A stretch of DNA of 64,000 nucleotides, taken from NCBI GenBank assembly GCA_963663385.2, contig CAXXXD010000002.1:256001-320000 (forward strand), written 5' to 3'. The notes beneath the pieces were generated by a model. The model had not been told where the DNA came from, did not search any database, and worked only from the letters and a program-made list of their open reading frames with translations. Below, one piece after another: positions 1 through 11,287 of the stretch. Within the stretch, counting starts at the first letter, position 1, and each line of letters opens with the position of its first letter. The position numbers were made by a program, and so were the translations under genes. The stretch comes from Oceanispirochaeta sp. Its GTDB lineage: Bacteria; Spirochaetota; Spirochaetia; DSM-2461.

Positions 1-20
1 TACGAATATGGAGGAATCTG

Positions 21-815
21 ATGATAAATTTATTTAGTGAACAACCGGTTCTGGCCTCTTTTATACTAAGTGTTTCGGTAAACCTGATTTTTTTTCTGGT
101 AGCTCTTACTTTAAAAACGGATAAAGTGACGGACCTGTCCTACAGCCTGTCTTTTATGGCGATTGCCCCCCTGCTTCTGGCGGCAAACGGGATGAACTTC
201 AGTTTACAGCAGCTGATTGTGACCCTGGCTATTGTTGTGTGGGGCATCCGTTTGGGGAGCTACCTTTTTTACAGAATCCTTTTAACCAAAACGGATGAGC
301 GTTTTGATGATAAACGGAATAACCCCAAAAGACTGACTGCCTTCTGGCTGCTTCAGATTACTGCCGTATGGCTTATATTGATGCCCTATTCCTTTTATCT
401 TACCTCAAGAACAGTAGGGGGCATGAGCTTTATAACCCTGTCAGGTCTGGCCGTTTATGCCGCAGGTTTGATCATCGAATCCGTCAGCGATTATCAGAAA
501 TTCATCTTTAAAAAACAGCCGGACAACAAGGGAAAATGGATGGACAAAGGTCTATGGCACTGGTCCAGGCACCCCAACTACTTTGGGGAGATGCTGGTCT
601 GGTGGGGGCTTTTTGTTGTAGTGGTTCCCTATTTGACAGGGTTGAAATTACTGACCCTGATTGGCCCTGTTTTTATTACCCTGCTGCTCCTTTTCGTGAG
701 CGGTATTCCCCTGCTGGAAAAAAGCGCTGAAAAAAAATATGGCAATAATCCCGATTATGTGGCCTACCGTGATTCAACCAGCCTGCTCATTCCTCTCCCG
801 AGGAAAAAGAACTGA
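21..815 (+). CDS. DUF1295 family (steroid 5-alpha-reductase / ICMT-like) membrane protein
   Basis: Multi-TM protein with [24 protein letters not shown] and [14 protein letters not shown] motifs; GGAGG RBS upstream. Confidence 0.9.
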   Translation: MINLFSEQPVLASFILSVSVNLIFFLVALTLKTDKVTDLSYSLSFMAIAPLLLAANGMNFSLQQLIVTLAIVVWGIRLGSYLFYRILLTKTDERFDDKRNNPKRLTAFWLLQITAVWLILMPYSFYLTSRTVGGMSFITLSGLAVYAAGLIIESVSDYQKFIFKKQPDNKGKWMDKGLWHWSRHPNYFGEMLVWWGLFVVVVPYLTGLKLLTLIGPVFITLLLLFVSGIPLLEKSAEKKYGNNPDYVAYRDSTSLLIPLPRKKN

Positions 816-1450
816 TGCTTTTTGTTGTACTGCTAGCCGCCTACCTGACCGGTTCTATTCCTTTTTCCTTCCTTGTGGCGTATGGAATTTCGGGAGGGGA
901 TATAAGAAAACAGGGAAGCGGTAACGCGGGAGCCAGTAATGTTTTAAGAACCCTGGGGTGGAAAGCGGCTCTGCCCGCTGCTCTGGGAGATTTTTTCAAA
1001 GCCTTTATACCCGTTTTTATGGCTGAGGAGATTATGAATACGGCAGGGCTGGCTGATTTGAATCCGGATCACTTCAGGCTGGGGATTCTTTTCTTCATAA
1101 TGATAGGGCATGTATTCCCTGTCTGGCTGAAGTTCAGGGGAGGGAAGGGCGTCGCCTCTGCTGCCGGGGGCATTTCGGCCCTGTTCCCTCCGGCCTTTCC
1201 TTTCTGTTTGATCCTTTTTACAGTAGTGGCGGGAGTCACCCGCTATGCCTCAGTGGCGTCCCTGATCACAGCCTGGTCACTGCCTGTGTACTATACGTTT
1301 TTTACTTTGAAATTTTCCAATGATTTTTCTTCTGTTTTTTTGGTTTTTTTTCTGCTGACAGGGCTGCTTATAACTGTTTTTCACAGAAAGAATATACGAC
1401 GGTTATTACAGGGAAAAGAAAATACAATTGAAATAAGGAAACGCAGATGA
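815..1450 (+). CDS. plsY: Glycerol-3-phosphate 1-O-acyltransferase
   Basis: YLTGSIPF, DIRKQGSGNAGASNVLR, GHVFPVWLKFRGGKGVA and HRKNIRRL motifs. Confidence 0.95.
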   Translation: MLFVVLLAAYLTGSIPFSFLVAYGISGGDIRKQGSGNAGASNVLRTLGWKAALPAALGDFFKAFIPVFMAEEIMNTAGLADLNPDHFRLGILFFIMIGHVFPVWLKFRGGKGVASAAGGISALFPPAFPFCLILFTVVAGVTRYASVASLITAWSLPVYYTFFTLKFSNDFSSVFLVFFLLTGLLITVFHRKNIRRLLQGKENTIEIRKRR

Positions 1451-2190
1451 ATGACTCCATGATGAATACCCTGAGAACCCTGGCCTTCTTCTCCTGGATG
1501 TGGGTTGTCCTGTTTTTTTCACTGCTTCTTCTTATCCCTTTGAACATTCTGGGCTTATTGGGGATGAAACAGAGGCAGTCCCGTTTCATTATAAAAGCTA
1601 CAAAAAAATGGGCCCGGCATCTTATTTTTACTTCAGGGTCAAAAATACGGGTAAGCGGAAGGGAAAATATACCGAAAGAACCAGGCTACTGTGTAGTGGC
1701 CAACCATCAGAGTAACTTTGATATTCCCCTGATTATGACCGTTCTGCCGGATAATGCGGGATTTATCGGCAAATACGAGATGAAAAAGGTTCCCCTGCTG
1801 AATTCGTGGATGAAGGCTCTGAACTGCGTCTTTATAAAAAGGGATAATATCAGACAGTCCATTGAGGGTATAAAAGAAGCCCTTGACCAGGTACAGGATG
1901 GAAAAACCATGGTCCTGTTTCCCGAAGGGACCAGAAGCAGGAACGGCATACCCGGGAAGTTTCATCAGGCCGGGATCCGTCTGGCCCTGGAAGCGGGAGT
2001 TCCTGTCCTGCCTGTCACCATTAAAAACTCCTTCAATATGTTTGAAAAAAACAAAAAAATCATGCCCACCCATGTGGAAATTGTCATACATGAAATGCGT
2101 AAAGGATTCGGACAGAACATAAATGCTGCCGTATCGGAGCTTATAAATACTGTTACCAAACCCATACCTGCAGGAGATGAAACAAAATGA
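1447..2190 (+). CDS. plsC: 1-acyl-sn-glycerol-3-phosphate acyltransferase
   Basis: NHQSNFD (HX4D) and FPEGTRS motifs; ATGA overlap with plsY. Confidence 0.9.
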   Translation: MNDSMMNTLRTLAFFSWMWVVLFFSLLLLIPLNILGLLGMKQRQSRFIIKATKKWARHLIFTSGSKIRVSGRENIPKEPGYCVVANHQSNFDIPLIMTVLPDNAGFIGKYEMKKVPLLNSWMKALNCVFIKRDNIRQSIEGIKEALDQVQDGKTMVLFPEGTRSRNGIPGKFHQAGIRLALEAGVPVLPVTIKNSFNMFEKNKKIMPTHVEIVIHEMRKGFGQNINAAVSELINTVTKPIPAGDETK

Positions 2191-2996
2191 AATTGATAGT
2201 GAATATTGTATTGTGTATATGGCTGGCTGCTGCGGCTTTTGCCGATGATACCATCAGGATACAGGCCGGTGCGGAATTCGGGTTTATATCCATTATGAAG
2301 CATGAAATCCAGTCGGGCAGCTCCTCTGACAAGGGCGATGTGTTTGATTACAGAACCCAGGGGAATCAGGATGTCCTTTTTCCCTTTTACCGCTATAAAG
2401 CAGAGGTCTCCCTGCCGCAAAAACATCATGTTGTATTTCTTTATCAGCCTCTTACTGTTGTTACACAGGCCGAGATTACAGAGTCTTTCCGGTATAATGA
2501 GGTGGACTATTCTGAAGAGGATGGATTTCTGAACCTGACTTATGCTTTTGATTTCTGGCGCTTCTCCTATCTCTATGATCTATACGATACGGGTTACTTC
2601 TTTTTCAGCCCCGGACTTTCCCTGCAAATCAGGAATGCTTCCATTGTTTTCAGGGCAGAGGAGAGCAGTAAAGGATCCATCTCCGACGGGATCGGACCTG
2701 TTCCCATAATTAAAATGCGAACGGGTTACAAGTGGGATAATGGTGTTTATATAATGTTTGAAGGGGATGGATTTTACGCCAGCAATAAATTCATAAATGG
2801 CGCCGAGTACCCCTTCACCGGATATATATATGATCTTTCCGGCAGAACCGGATACAGGATTAATACGCATTCCTCGGCCTATCTGAATCTGAGATTCCTG
2901 GGAGGAGGGGCTGAGGGAACAAATGACGAGGATGAATATACCTATAATGATCTTCATACCATTGGCTTAACTCTCGGGTACCAGTATGAGTTCTGA
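2187..2996 (+). CDS. Exported hypothetical protein, probable outer-membrane beta-barrel
   Basis: Signal peptide (AAAFA-DD), alternating aromatic/hydrophobic strands, C-terminal LGYQYEF resembling a beta-signal. Confidence 0.6.
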   Translation: MKLIVNIVLCIWLAAAAFADDTIRIQAGAEFGFISIMKHEIQSGSSSDKGDVFDYRTQGNQDVLFPFYRYKAEVSLPQKHHVVFLYQPLTVVTQAEITESFRYNEVDYSEEDGFLNLTYAFDFWRFSYLYDLYDTGYFFFSPGLSLQIRNASIVFRAEESSKGSISDGIGPVPIIKMRTGYKWDNGVYIMFEGDGFYASNKFINGAEYPFTGYIYDLSGRTGYRINTHSSAYLNLRFLGGGAEGTNDEDEYTYNDLHTIGLTLGYQYEF

Positions 2997-3021
2997 TTAC
3001 AGCAGAAAAAGGGGAACCCTA

Positions 3022-4149
3022 ATGAAAAATGCAATAATAGTAATCCTGGCAGCTTCTCTTTTAATTATGACATCTTCGTGCAGCAAGGACAAATCCGAGG
3101 ATTCTGTTAGCGCTGCATCCTGGGATGCCGGGGAGGATAATTCTGTCGTATCCGTAGAAGCCCTGACGGTGAGCAGGGGGAAGCTTGTCACCAATGTGTC
3201 CGGATCGGGGATTATCAGAGGGGCTTCGGAAGCCTGGAGTATTGCGGAGAGTGACGGCATTATAGAAGAAGTGTATGTTTCACCCGGTGCTTATGTGAAA
3301 GAAGGGGATCCCCTGTTAAAGGTAGAAGATAATCTGGCTTATTGGGATATGACCAGAGCAGAAAAGCAGTATGAGATGTCTACCATTGAGTACAAGGGGA
3401 CAAAAAACTCTTTTGAAAATGGTGGAACTACAGAAATTGAGTACAAGAGGGTTCTGGCTGAGTGGCATAACAGGCGGCTTATTTTTGAGCAGGCTAAAAA
3501 GGCCTATGAAGATTGTACTTTAAAAGCACCCATAAGCGGGTATGTTTCTGTGATGGATACATCTTTAAGCAGGGGAAATTACCTAAACAGAAATACACGG
3601 GTTCTGAAGGTTGTAAACAGAGAGAATTTTGTTATGGAGATTTTCCCCGGTCAGCGAGAAATTGGATTGATAAATAAGGATTCTCCCGTTTCTGTTCATA
3701 TCGAACTGGCTGATCGAATCCTGGAAAACAAAGGCTCCATTCTGGATATTTCAGGAGGGTCTGATGAAAGCTCCGGTAGTTTTCCTGTCCGAATCCTGTG
3801 GGAAAATACATGGGGTGACGAAGTGCTCCCCGGCATGACAGCCCGGGTTGAAGTGGCCACCAACGGGGCTGTGGAAGGCATCATCGTCCCCTTTGACAAA
3901 GTAGTGGAAAGAAACGGTGATCTATGGGTTTTCCTTTCGGTGAAGGAGTCCGGTTCGGATGAACCGGCCGGGGAGGAAGGTGTTGTCCTGGTCAGAAAAG
4001 TGCGCCTGGGAGCCCGTCTGGGAAATCGTGTCATGATAGAGGAGGGGCTGCAGGAAGGGGATGTCCTTATTACATCGGGATTTGCCTCTCTGTCCCCCGA
4101 CAAAAAAGTCAAGCTTACCCTACTCGGTAAAACAGGAGATTTCAAATGA
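3022..4149 (+). CDS. RND efflux periplasmic adaptor (MFP), lipoprotein
   Basis: Lipobox-like TSSC, G-x-x-V-K-E-G-D-x-L lipoyl half, LKAPISG, LPGMTARV; start moved to ATG 3022. Confidence 0.9.
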   Translation: MKNAIIVILAASLLIMTSSCSKDKSEDSVSAASWDAGEDNSVVSVEALTVSRGKLVTNVSGSGIIRGASEAWSIAESDGIIEEVYVSPGAYVKEGDPLLKVEDNLAYWDMTRAEKQYEMSTIEYKGTKNSFENGGTTEIEYKRVLAEWHNRRLIFEQAKKAYEDCTLKAPISGYVSVMDTSLSRGNYLNRNTRVLKVVNRENFVMEIFPGQREIGLINKDSPVSVHIELADRILENKGSILDISGGSDESSGSFPVRILWENTWGDEVLPGMTARVEVATNGAVEGIIVPFDKVVERNGDLWVFLSVKESGSDEPAGEEGVVLVRKVRLGARLGNRVMIEEGLQEGDVLITSGFASLSPDKKVKLTLLGKTGDFK

Positions 4150-7100
4150 GTCTCTCCCGATTTTCTGTCAATAACGGTGTTTTTCTCAATATCCTGATGA
4201 TTTTTATACTTGTTCTGGGTTTCTTTTCCGTGAGCCGGATGCCCCGGGAGCAGTATAGTGAAGTCCCCTTTTACTTTGTAAATATAGTGGTTCCCTTTCC
4301 CGGAGCCGGTGCTGAAGATGTGGAACAGCAGGTGACCATTCCCATAGAGAATGAGATGCAGTCTCTGGATGAACTGGAGGAGATCTCCTCCGTATCCAGT
4401 GAAGGACTGGCGGTTGTGCAGATCCAGTTTAACGACGGTATAAGCAGTAATCAGTTCGACAAGCTCTTTGCGGATGTCAGAACGAATTTTACAAAAGCCA
4501 ATCTTCCCGATGGGGTTCTGGAAGAAACGATTGACGATTTTTCTTCCACGGATTTTCTGCCTGTGGCGGAAGTGGTCGTGTCCGGACAGGTTGAATATGA
4601 GACCCTTTTAAAGCTGGCCAGAGACCTGGAGAATGATTTAAGGGTCATAAAGGATGTTTCAGGTGTTGAAATTGTAGGCGCCCGGGACAAACAGATTGCC
4701 ATCGAAATGAATCAGGCCATGGCGGAGTCTCTCAATATATCGCCGTCTGAAGTAGCCCTGGCCGTGCAGGGAGGGAATATCTCCATTCCCGGTGGCAAAT
4801 TCAAGACAGGAGATTCGGAATATCTGGTCAGAACAACGGGTGGACTGGATGATGTGGAAGATTTTCAGTCCCTTATTCTCCGCAGGGGGCAGGACGGAAA
4901 GGGAAGTGTCCGGATTGGTCAGATAGCCCATGTAAATGAAAGATATGATCCGGAAGGGGTAAAAGCCCGGTTCAACGGAGAACCTTCTCTGGTTATCCGC
5001 CTGACAAAAATACCCGGAGGGGACGGGGTCGGTATCATTGATGAGACAAGAGATGTCCTGGCCGGGTATGCAAGGAATCTCTCCCCGAATATTTCCATCA
5101 ATCTGATTAATGATTCGACCATTCAGATACGGGACAGTCTGAATGTTCTGTTGAACAATGTCCTTCTGGGACTGGTTCTGCTGATTGTTATTCTGTACCT
5201 GTTCGTCGGTTTGAGAAACAGTTTGATGACGGCTCTCGGTATACCCGTAACCTTTGCCGCCTCCTTTGTCATCCTTGATGCCCTGGGGGAGACATTTAAT
5301 ACGAACACCCTTTTCGGGCTGGTCCTTGTTCTGGGACTGGTCGTGGATCATGCCATTGTGATTATTGAAAACAGTTACAGGCTGCAGGAAAAAGGGCTTT
5401 CCCCCCTGGAGGCGGCCGTGGAAGGGACCAGACAGGTTTCTCTGCCCGTTATAGCGGCAACGGGTACAACAGTTGCCGCTTTTCTCCCTCTTATGATACT
5501 GCCCGGAACAATCGGAAAATTCCTGAGGGTTATACCCTTTACCGTGTCCATCGCCCTGATTCTGTCCACTCTTGAAGCTTTGGTTTTCATACCCGATCAC
5601 TATGCCCACTGGCCTGCAAGAAAAAAATACAGCGAAGATAATCCCCGCTGGAATGCCTTCCGGAACGGATTCAAATGGCTTCTGGAGAAACTGTACAGAA
5701 GAAAAGGATTTACCGTCGCGGCCATTCTGATTGTGATGGTTCTCAGTTTTATGCTGGTTCCCCTGCTGGACCAGGATCTATTCAGCGCCGAGGACTATAC
5801 GGTTTTCTATATAGATCTCGAGATGGCTCCCGGAACGCCTCTGGGACGGACTGAAGAAATCCTGACCCGGTATGAACAGGCCCTGCTTCCTCTTGTAGGG
5901 CAGGGGGAAGTTACATCCCTGTCCCTCGCCATAGGATTTCTGGGGGGCGACAGCGGTAACCAGGTGCAAAGCAGTGTAGGGCAGTTGACGGTAGACCTGG
6001 CCGAAAGGAAAGAGGGCCGGGAAAGATCGATTACAGCTATCATGGCAGATGCCAGGGAATTAACGGAAAACATCCCCGGAGCAGATTATGTAGAGTTCAG
6101 AAAAGCGGCAAACGGCCCTCCTACGGATGCTCCTGTAGCCTTCAGGCTGTTCGGAGATAACAGGGAGGAACTGGTCGCATCCTCTGAGCGTCTGCAGAGG
6201 GAGCTTCAGACTTTCCCCGAGCTGTTCGGAATTAAGGATGATTACGAACCCGGAACGCCGGAGCTCCGTATTGTGGTGGATCAGGAACAGGCTGCGGCTT
6301 TTGGTATGAGCCCGGCCCTGGTGGGACAGGCCGTAAGGAATGCCCTGGACGGGTATAGTGCCGGAACCTATTTCAAGAATAATGAAGAAATAGAAATTAT
6401 CGTCAGTTACAGGGGCGCTGGAGAAGGCCAGCTTCAGGACCTTCTTCAGTTAAGCCTGGTTACGCCTGCGGGACAATCCATTCCTTTTTCATCTATATGC
6501 CGGATAGAGCCTGTTTCTTCTCCTTCCTCCATTAAGCGTGTGGACGGCGAAAGGGAAATCCAGGTAACGAGCGAAGCCTATTCAACCGGGAATCTGGCCC
6601 TGATAAATCAGGCAATACAAAAGGTCTATAATGAGGAACTGAAACCGCGGTTCCCCGGAGTCACCCTTAATATCGGAGGAGAATTTTCCGAATTCGGTGA
6701 TTTGCTGATTCAGATCCTGAGAATCTTTCTGATCGGGATCTTCCTTATATATATCATTCTGGCTACTCAGTTCAACTCCTATACACAACCCCTTATAATC
6801 CTCTTTTCCGTCCCCCTGGCGTTTATGGGGGTTATCCTGTATCTGGTTGTTTCGGGAAACCCCTTCTCGACAACAGTTATCTATGCCGGCGTTGCCCTGG
6901 CGGGAATAGCCGTTAACGACTCCATTGTGCTGATCAGTTTTATAAATGAAGAGAGGAAGAACGGGTTGGCCACAGCCCATGCGGTAAAGGATGCCGCGGC
7001 CACTCGGCTCAGACCGATTATTTTGACTTCCCTGACAACCATTGCCGGGCTGATCCCTACCGCCATAGGACTGGGGGGAAAGTCGGTTGTATGGGGACCT

Positions 7101-7202
7101 ATGGCTGGAACCATAATATTCGGACTGATGTTTTCTACGGTAACCGCTCTTGTCTTCATACCCTGTCTGTACGGGCTTATTTATGACAGAGAAAAAAAAT
7201 AG
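4146..7202 (+). CDS. RND efflux permease (AcrB/AcrD/AcrF family)
   Basis: 1018 aa; FPGAGAEDVEQQVTIPIE, TM4 GLVVDHAIVIIEN, RLRPIILTSLTT. Confidence 0.95.
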   Translation: MSLSRFSVNNGVFLNILMIFILVLGFFSVSRMPREQYSEVPFYFVNIVVPFPGAGAEDVEQQVTIPIENEMQSLDELEEISSVSSEGLAVVQIQFNDGISSNQFDKLFADVRTNFTKANLPDGVLEETIDDFSSTDFLPVAEVVVSGQVEYETLLKLARDLENDLRVIKDVSGVEIVGARDKQIAIEMNQAMAESLNISPSEVALAVQGGNISIPGGKFKTGDSEYLVRTTGGLDDVEDFQSLILRRGQDGKGSVRIGQIAHVNERYDPEGVKARFNGEPSLVIRLTKIPGGDGVGIIDETRDVLAGYARNLSPNISINLINDSTIQIRDSLNVLLNNVLLGLVLLIVILYLFVGLRNSLMTALGIPVTFAASFVILDALGETFNTNTLFGLVLVLGLVVDHAIVIIENSYRLQEKGLSPLEAAVEGTRQVSLPVIAATGTTVAAFLPLMILPGTIGKFLRVIPFTVSIALILSTLEALVFIPDHYAHWPARKKYSEDNPRWNAFRNGFKWLLEKLYRRKGFTVAAILIVMVLSFMLVPLLDQDLFSAEDYTVFYIDLEMAPGTPLGRTEEILTRYEQALLPLVGQGEVTSLSLAIGFLGGDSGNQVQSSVGQLTVDLAERKEGRERSITAIMADARELTENIPGADYVEFRKAANGPPTDAPVAFRLFGDNREELVASSERLQRELQTFPELFGIKDDYEPGTPELRIVVDQEQAAAFGMSPALVGQAVRNALDGYSAGTYFKNNEEIEIIVSYRGAGEGQLQDLLQLSLVTPAGQSIPFSSICRIEPVSSPSSIKRVDGEREIQVTSEAYSTGNLALINQAIQKVYNEELKPRFPGVTLNIGGEFSEFGDLLIQILRIFLIGIFLIYIILATQFNSYTQPLIILFSVPLAFMGVILYLVVSGNPFSTTVIYAGVALAGIAVNDSIVLISFINEERKNGLATAHAVKDAAATRLRPIILTSLTTIAGLIPTAIGLGGKSVVWGPMAGTIIFGLMFSTVTALVFIPCLYGLIYDREKK

Positions 7203-7213
7203 TCCCGGCTCCA

Positions 7214-7615
7214 TTACTGAAATCCTGAACCAGTCGGTCCGGGGAGGGGGGAGTATTTTTCTATATAGGATATAAGTTTTTCCGGATCAATAGGCTTTGA
7301 CAGGAATCCGGCCGCATTCAGATCTTCGGCTTTTTTCCTTTCCGCTTCGTTACTGTTACCAGAAAGAAAAACAACGGGGATCTCCTTTAATACGGGGGTT
7401 GCCTTTATCTGTCTGCATACTTCAAAGCCGTCAATTCCCGGCATCATAATATCGAGCAGGACAAGATCCGGCCTTTCATCTTCTGTTATAACTTCAAGAG
7501 CTTCCTCCCCGTCAAGGGCTACCGCAATATCATCCCGCTCTCCGATTATTGCCAATATAATATCAATATTGGCAGGTGTATCATCAACAACCAGTATCAT
7601 CGTTTTTCTCCCCAT
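7214..7615 (-). CDS. Single-domain response regulator (REC)
   Basis: ILVVDD, LLDIMMPGIDG and FLSKPID motifs. Confidence 0.9.
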   Translation of the reverse strand: MGRKTMILVVDDTPANIDIILAIIGERDDIAVALDGEEALEVITEDERPDLVLLDIMMPGIDGFEVCRQIKATPVLKEIPVVFLSGNSNEAERKKAEDLNAAGFLSKPIDPEKLISYIEKYSPLPGPTGSGFQ

Positions 7616-7801
7616 TCAACTTCAGTTCTTTATCAAATGGAATCCAATAAATCCGTCGTACTCGTCCTTCTATAATTATTATCTATTTATTATTGTTTTT
7701 CCTGTTTTTTCTCTTAAATTTGGCAATAGATCTATCCGGGTATTATACTGATAGAGACGGTTCTAATGTATGTTTGTGTTTATTTTATGCGATGGTGAAG
7801 A

Positions 7802-10800
7802 ATGAATGACAGTCTGTTTCTCTGCAGTGCTCCGGGGAAGCTGTTTATGTTTTATCCTATGCGGTCCGGGATGTCTCTGAAAGCACTGCTCTTCATACTG
7901 ATATGTTTTATTTCTCCCTTTGTGCTTTTCTCTCAGAATACGGCACATGTATTTGTTCTGCACTCGTATCATGAAGGACTGCCCTGGAGCAGGGGACTGG
8001 AGAAGGGCCTGGATCAGGGTTTTGACAATGCGGGCGTTCCGGTTGAACTTCATGTGGAATACCTGGACAGGATCAGGGCAAAGGATACATCAATTCTGCA
8101 GGATCTGGAGAATCTGTTTAAAAAGAAACTGAAGGGTATCCCTGTTAATGCGGTAATTGCTACCGATGATCCGGCATTCAGCTTCCTGCTGGAGAGAAGG
8201 GAGGCCCTTTTCCCGGGAGTTCCCCTGTTTTTCTGCGGGCCCAACGGCCTTAAGTCGTCGGGGATAAAGGATATAACGGCAATCACTGGTATCGCAGAGA
8301 ATCCTGATATGAGAGGAACCATTGATCTTGTTCAGAAACTCCACCCTCAGGCCGGGGAATTTGCGGTGGTTTCTGATCGCAACCCGGCCAGCCTCCGTGT
8401 CCTGAATACGTTGAATCAGATTCAGAGGGAAATGAAGGAATCCTTTACCCTTAATGTGCTGACAGATGAGAGTCTGGACAGTTTGAAAAGGGAACTGCAC
8501 TCTCTTCCCGCGGGAACACCTGTTCTGTATCATGCTTTTATGCAGGATTCCTCAGGCCGGGAATACGGGAGTAATCTTGCTGTTCTGGAGGAGTTGAGTA
8601 CTGAGGTCAATCTTCCTTTCTATACTTTTAAAAAGATTGACATGGGGCATGGAGCAGTCGGGGGATCAGTCATAAGCGAGGAGCTGATGGCTTCTCTGAC
8701 GGCACAGATGGTTGCCGAGTATCTGAAGGGGAAATCTCTCCGGGATATTCCGCCGGTTTTTGATACGCCGCAGGTTTTTATTTTTGATGCGAACCAGTTG
8801 AAGCGACTGAACATTCCCGAGTCAGAACTCCCTTCCGGGAGTATTGTCATCAATCGCAGAATTTCAACCTATGAAGCGAATAAAGCCCTGTTCCGGAGTG
8901 TTAGTATCATATTCTGCCTACTGGTGTTATTGGTATCTGTTCTGGCTCTGAATGTCAGGCGCCGGATTGCTGCGGAAAGGCAGCTGAAACTTATAAACGA
9001 GGACCTGGAACAGAGGGTTAGGGACCGGACTGAAGACTTTAATCAGGCCCTGCTCAGGGCTGAAGCCGCTACCAGGGTAAAGAGTGACTTCCTTGCCAAT
9101 ATGAGTCATGAAATCCGAACGCCCATGAATGCAATTATCGGTATGTCTCATCTGATCTCGCAGACACCGCTGAACGACAAGCAGAAAGACTATATAGACA
9201 AGATTACCATGGCCGGTAAATCCCTGCTGAATATAATAAATGATATTCTGGATTTTTCCAGAATTGAAGCAGGCAAGCTGGAAATCCAGAGCAGGGAATT
9301 CAATCTGGATAATGTGCTGGACAACCTTTCCAATCTCAATTCACAGCGCGCTTCCGCAAAGGGGCTGGAACTCCTTTTCCGTGTGGATCCCGATGTTCCG
9401 CGCATTCTAAGAGGTGATGATCTGCGGCTGGGGCAGGTGCTTCTCAATCTGGTTTCCAATGCTGTTAAATTTACCGATAAAGGAGAAATCCTTGTATCTG
9501 TGAATGTGAAAGAGAGAACCGGTGAGAAGGTTATTCTGGAGTTCTGTGTCAGGGATTCGGGAATCGGGATGACTCGTGAACAGATGGCCACTCTGTTTGA
9601 ATCCTTTACCCAGGCGGATGCGTCCACTACCAGAAAATACGGAGGAACAGGGCTGGGGCTGGCTATTTCCAAATACCTGGCGAATCTGATGAATGGCGTG
9701 ATCTCTGTTGAAAGTACGCCCGGTAAAGGAAGCCGGTTTACGGTTGCCCTTCCTTTTTATACGGGAAATCTCTCTTCTGCAGCGGCTCTGCCGTCTCCCG
9801 GAGGGCATAATAACTATAATGTACTGATTATTGATGATAACGAAACCAGCCGGGAGATCCTCTCTGAATACCTGAAGGCCTTTGGTTTTTCAACAGAAGA
9901 TGTCGAGAGTGCAGAAAAGGGAATTGAGCTGTTAAACACTGGAAAAAGGTCTTTTGAGATTGTTCTGATGGATTACCGGATGGCAGGGCTGGACGGTATT
10001 ACCGCAACCGAAACAATAAAAAGACAAAGTGGAGACGGACATGTCCCTGCGGTCATTCTGATCACAGCCTACGGACAGGATGACGTTCTTAAAAGGGCGG
10101 AAGCGGCGGGAGCCGACAGTGTTCTTATAAAACCGGTATCTCCTGTGGTTCTTTATAATGCTATTCTAAAGGCTTTGGGGCGGGAAGACATAGTTCCGTT
10201 GAACAGGAATATTCAGGCATCCGTACCCAGAGGCTGTTTTAAGGGGCATAAGGCTCTTGTTGTAGAAGATGTTGAAATTAATCAGCAGGTGGCTAAAGAA
10301 CTGCTGGAAGGTTTTGGCCTGGAGGTGGATCTGGCAGGAAATGGGCAGGTTGCTCTGGATCAATATTTCAGCCCTCCCGGGCGGGAGGACTACTTCTCTC
10401 TTGTCTTTATGGATATCCAGATGCCAGTTATGAACGGGTTTGACGCGGCAAGAGGGATCCGGAAAATTAACCCGGCAATTCCTATTGTTGCCATGACGGC
10501 AAATACCATGGATGGGGACAGGGAAAAATCCCTTTCGGTTGGAATGAATGACTACATAACCAAACCGATTGATCCCGGCAAACTGTATCGGGTACTGGTC
10601 CGGCTGCTGGGGCTGCCGGAAGATGCCGGTCCAGATACAAAAATCCCTGAAGCAGCGCCTGCGGTTACGGCTAATCCTGTTCTGGATAAACTGATCGGAA
10701 TTGATGTGAATGATGGGCTTTGCAGGGTCGGCGGGAATGAAGAGTTGTATATAGAACTGATTCAGGATTTTTATAGAGAGTACAGGAATTCGGCAGAATC

Positions 10801-11287
10801 CTTTCTGTCTCTGATGGAAAAGGATAATAAGGAACCGGCCCGCCGTCTGGTCCACTCCCTGAAAGGAGTTGCCGGAAATCTGGGAATGAAGGATCTTCAT
10901 TCCGCTATCCAATCCCTGGAAAAAGCAGTAAAGGAAGAGGCGTACGATACGATCTGGACTTTTTATAGAACTTTTAAAGACCGGCTTGAAAGGGTTCTGA
11001 AAAGGATAGAGGCTGCCGGTCTTCTGGATACCGATAAAAACTCACCCTTCCCGGATTCTCCCTTCGAGAAAACAGAAGTCATTCATTCTCTGAAAACCTT
11101 TGTTACCTATGCATCCGGCAGACAGGCCAGACTGGCTGGTGATTCCATAAAGAGCCTTACGTCCCTTAACTGGCCGGAGGAATTTAAATTGAATTTTGAT
11201 GAAATCGCACGGCTGACTAAGGGGTATAAACTGAAGGAAGCCGGTGTAATGGCGGAAAACCTGGTTAGAAGTCTGGAGGAAAATTAA
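7802..11287 (+). CDS. Hybrid sensor histidine kinase (periplasmic ABC-substrate-binding-like sensor, HisKA, HATPase, 2x REC, Hpt)
   Basis: [29 protein letters not shown], two REC domains, Hpt [12 protein letters not shown]; true start may be the ATG near 7871. Confidence 0.93.
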   Translation: MNDSLFLCSAPGKLFMFYPMRSGMSLKALLFILICFISPFVLFSQNTAHVFVLHSYHEGLPWSRGLEKGLDQGFDNAGVPVELHVEYLDRIRAKDTSILQDLENLFKKKLKGIPVNAVIATDDPAFSFLLERREALFPGVPLFFCGPNGLKSSGIKDITAITGIAENPDMRGTIDLVQKLHPQAGEFAVVSDRNPASLRVLNTLNQIQREMKESFTLNVLTDESLDSLKRELHSLPAGTPVLYHAFMQDSSGREYGSNLAVLEELSTEVNLPFYTFKKIDMGHGAVGGSVISEELMASLTAQMVAEYLKGKSLRDIPPVFDTPQVFIFDANQLKRLNIPESELPSGSIVINRRISTYEANKALFRSVSIIFCLLVLLVSVLALNVRRRIAAERQLKLINEDLEQRVRDRTEDFNQALLRAEAATRVKSDFLANMSHEIRTPMNAIIGMSHLISQTPLNDKQKDYIDKITMAGKSLLNIINDILDFSRIEAGKLEIQSREFNLDNVLDNLSNLNSQRASAKGLELLFRVDPDVPRILRGDDLRLGQVLLNLVSNAVKFTDKGEILVSVNVKERTGEKVILEFCVRDSGIGMTREQMATLFESFTQADASTTRKYGGTGLGLAISKYLANLMNGVISVESTPGKGSRFTVALPFYTGNLSSAAALPSPGGHNNYNVLIIDDNETSREILSEYLKAFGFSTEDVESAEKGIELLNTGKRSFEIVLMDYRMAGLDGITATETIKRQSGDGHVPAVILITAYGQDDVLKRAEAAGADSVLIKPVSPVVLYNAILKALGREDIVPLNRNIQASVPRGCFKGHKALVVEDVEINQQVAKELLEGFGLEVDLAGNGQVALDQYFSPPGREDYFSLVFMDIQMPVMNGFDAARGIRKINPAIPIVAMTANTMDGDREKSLSVGMNDYITKPIDPGKLYRVLVRLLGLPEDAGPDTKIPEAAPAVTANPVLDKLIGIDVNDGLCRVGGNEELYIELIQDFYREYRNSAESFLSLMEKDNKEPARRLVHSLKGVAGNLGMKDLHSAIQSLEKAVKEEAYDTIWTFYRTFKDRLERVLKRIEAAGLLDTDKNSPFPDSPFEKTEVIHSLKTFVTYASGRQARLAGDSIKSLTSLNWPEEFKLNFDEIARLTKGYKLKEAGVMAENLVRSLEEN

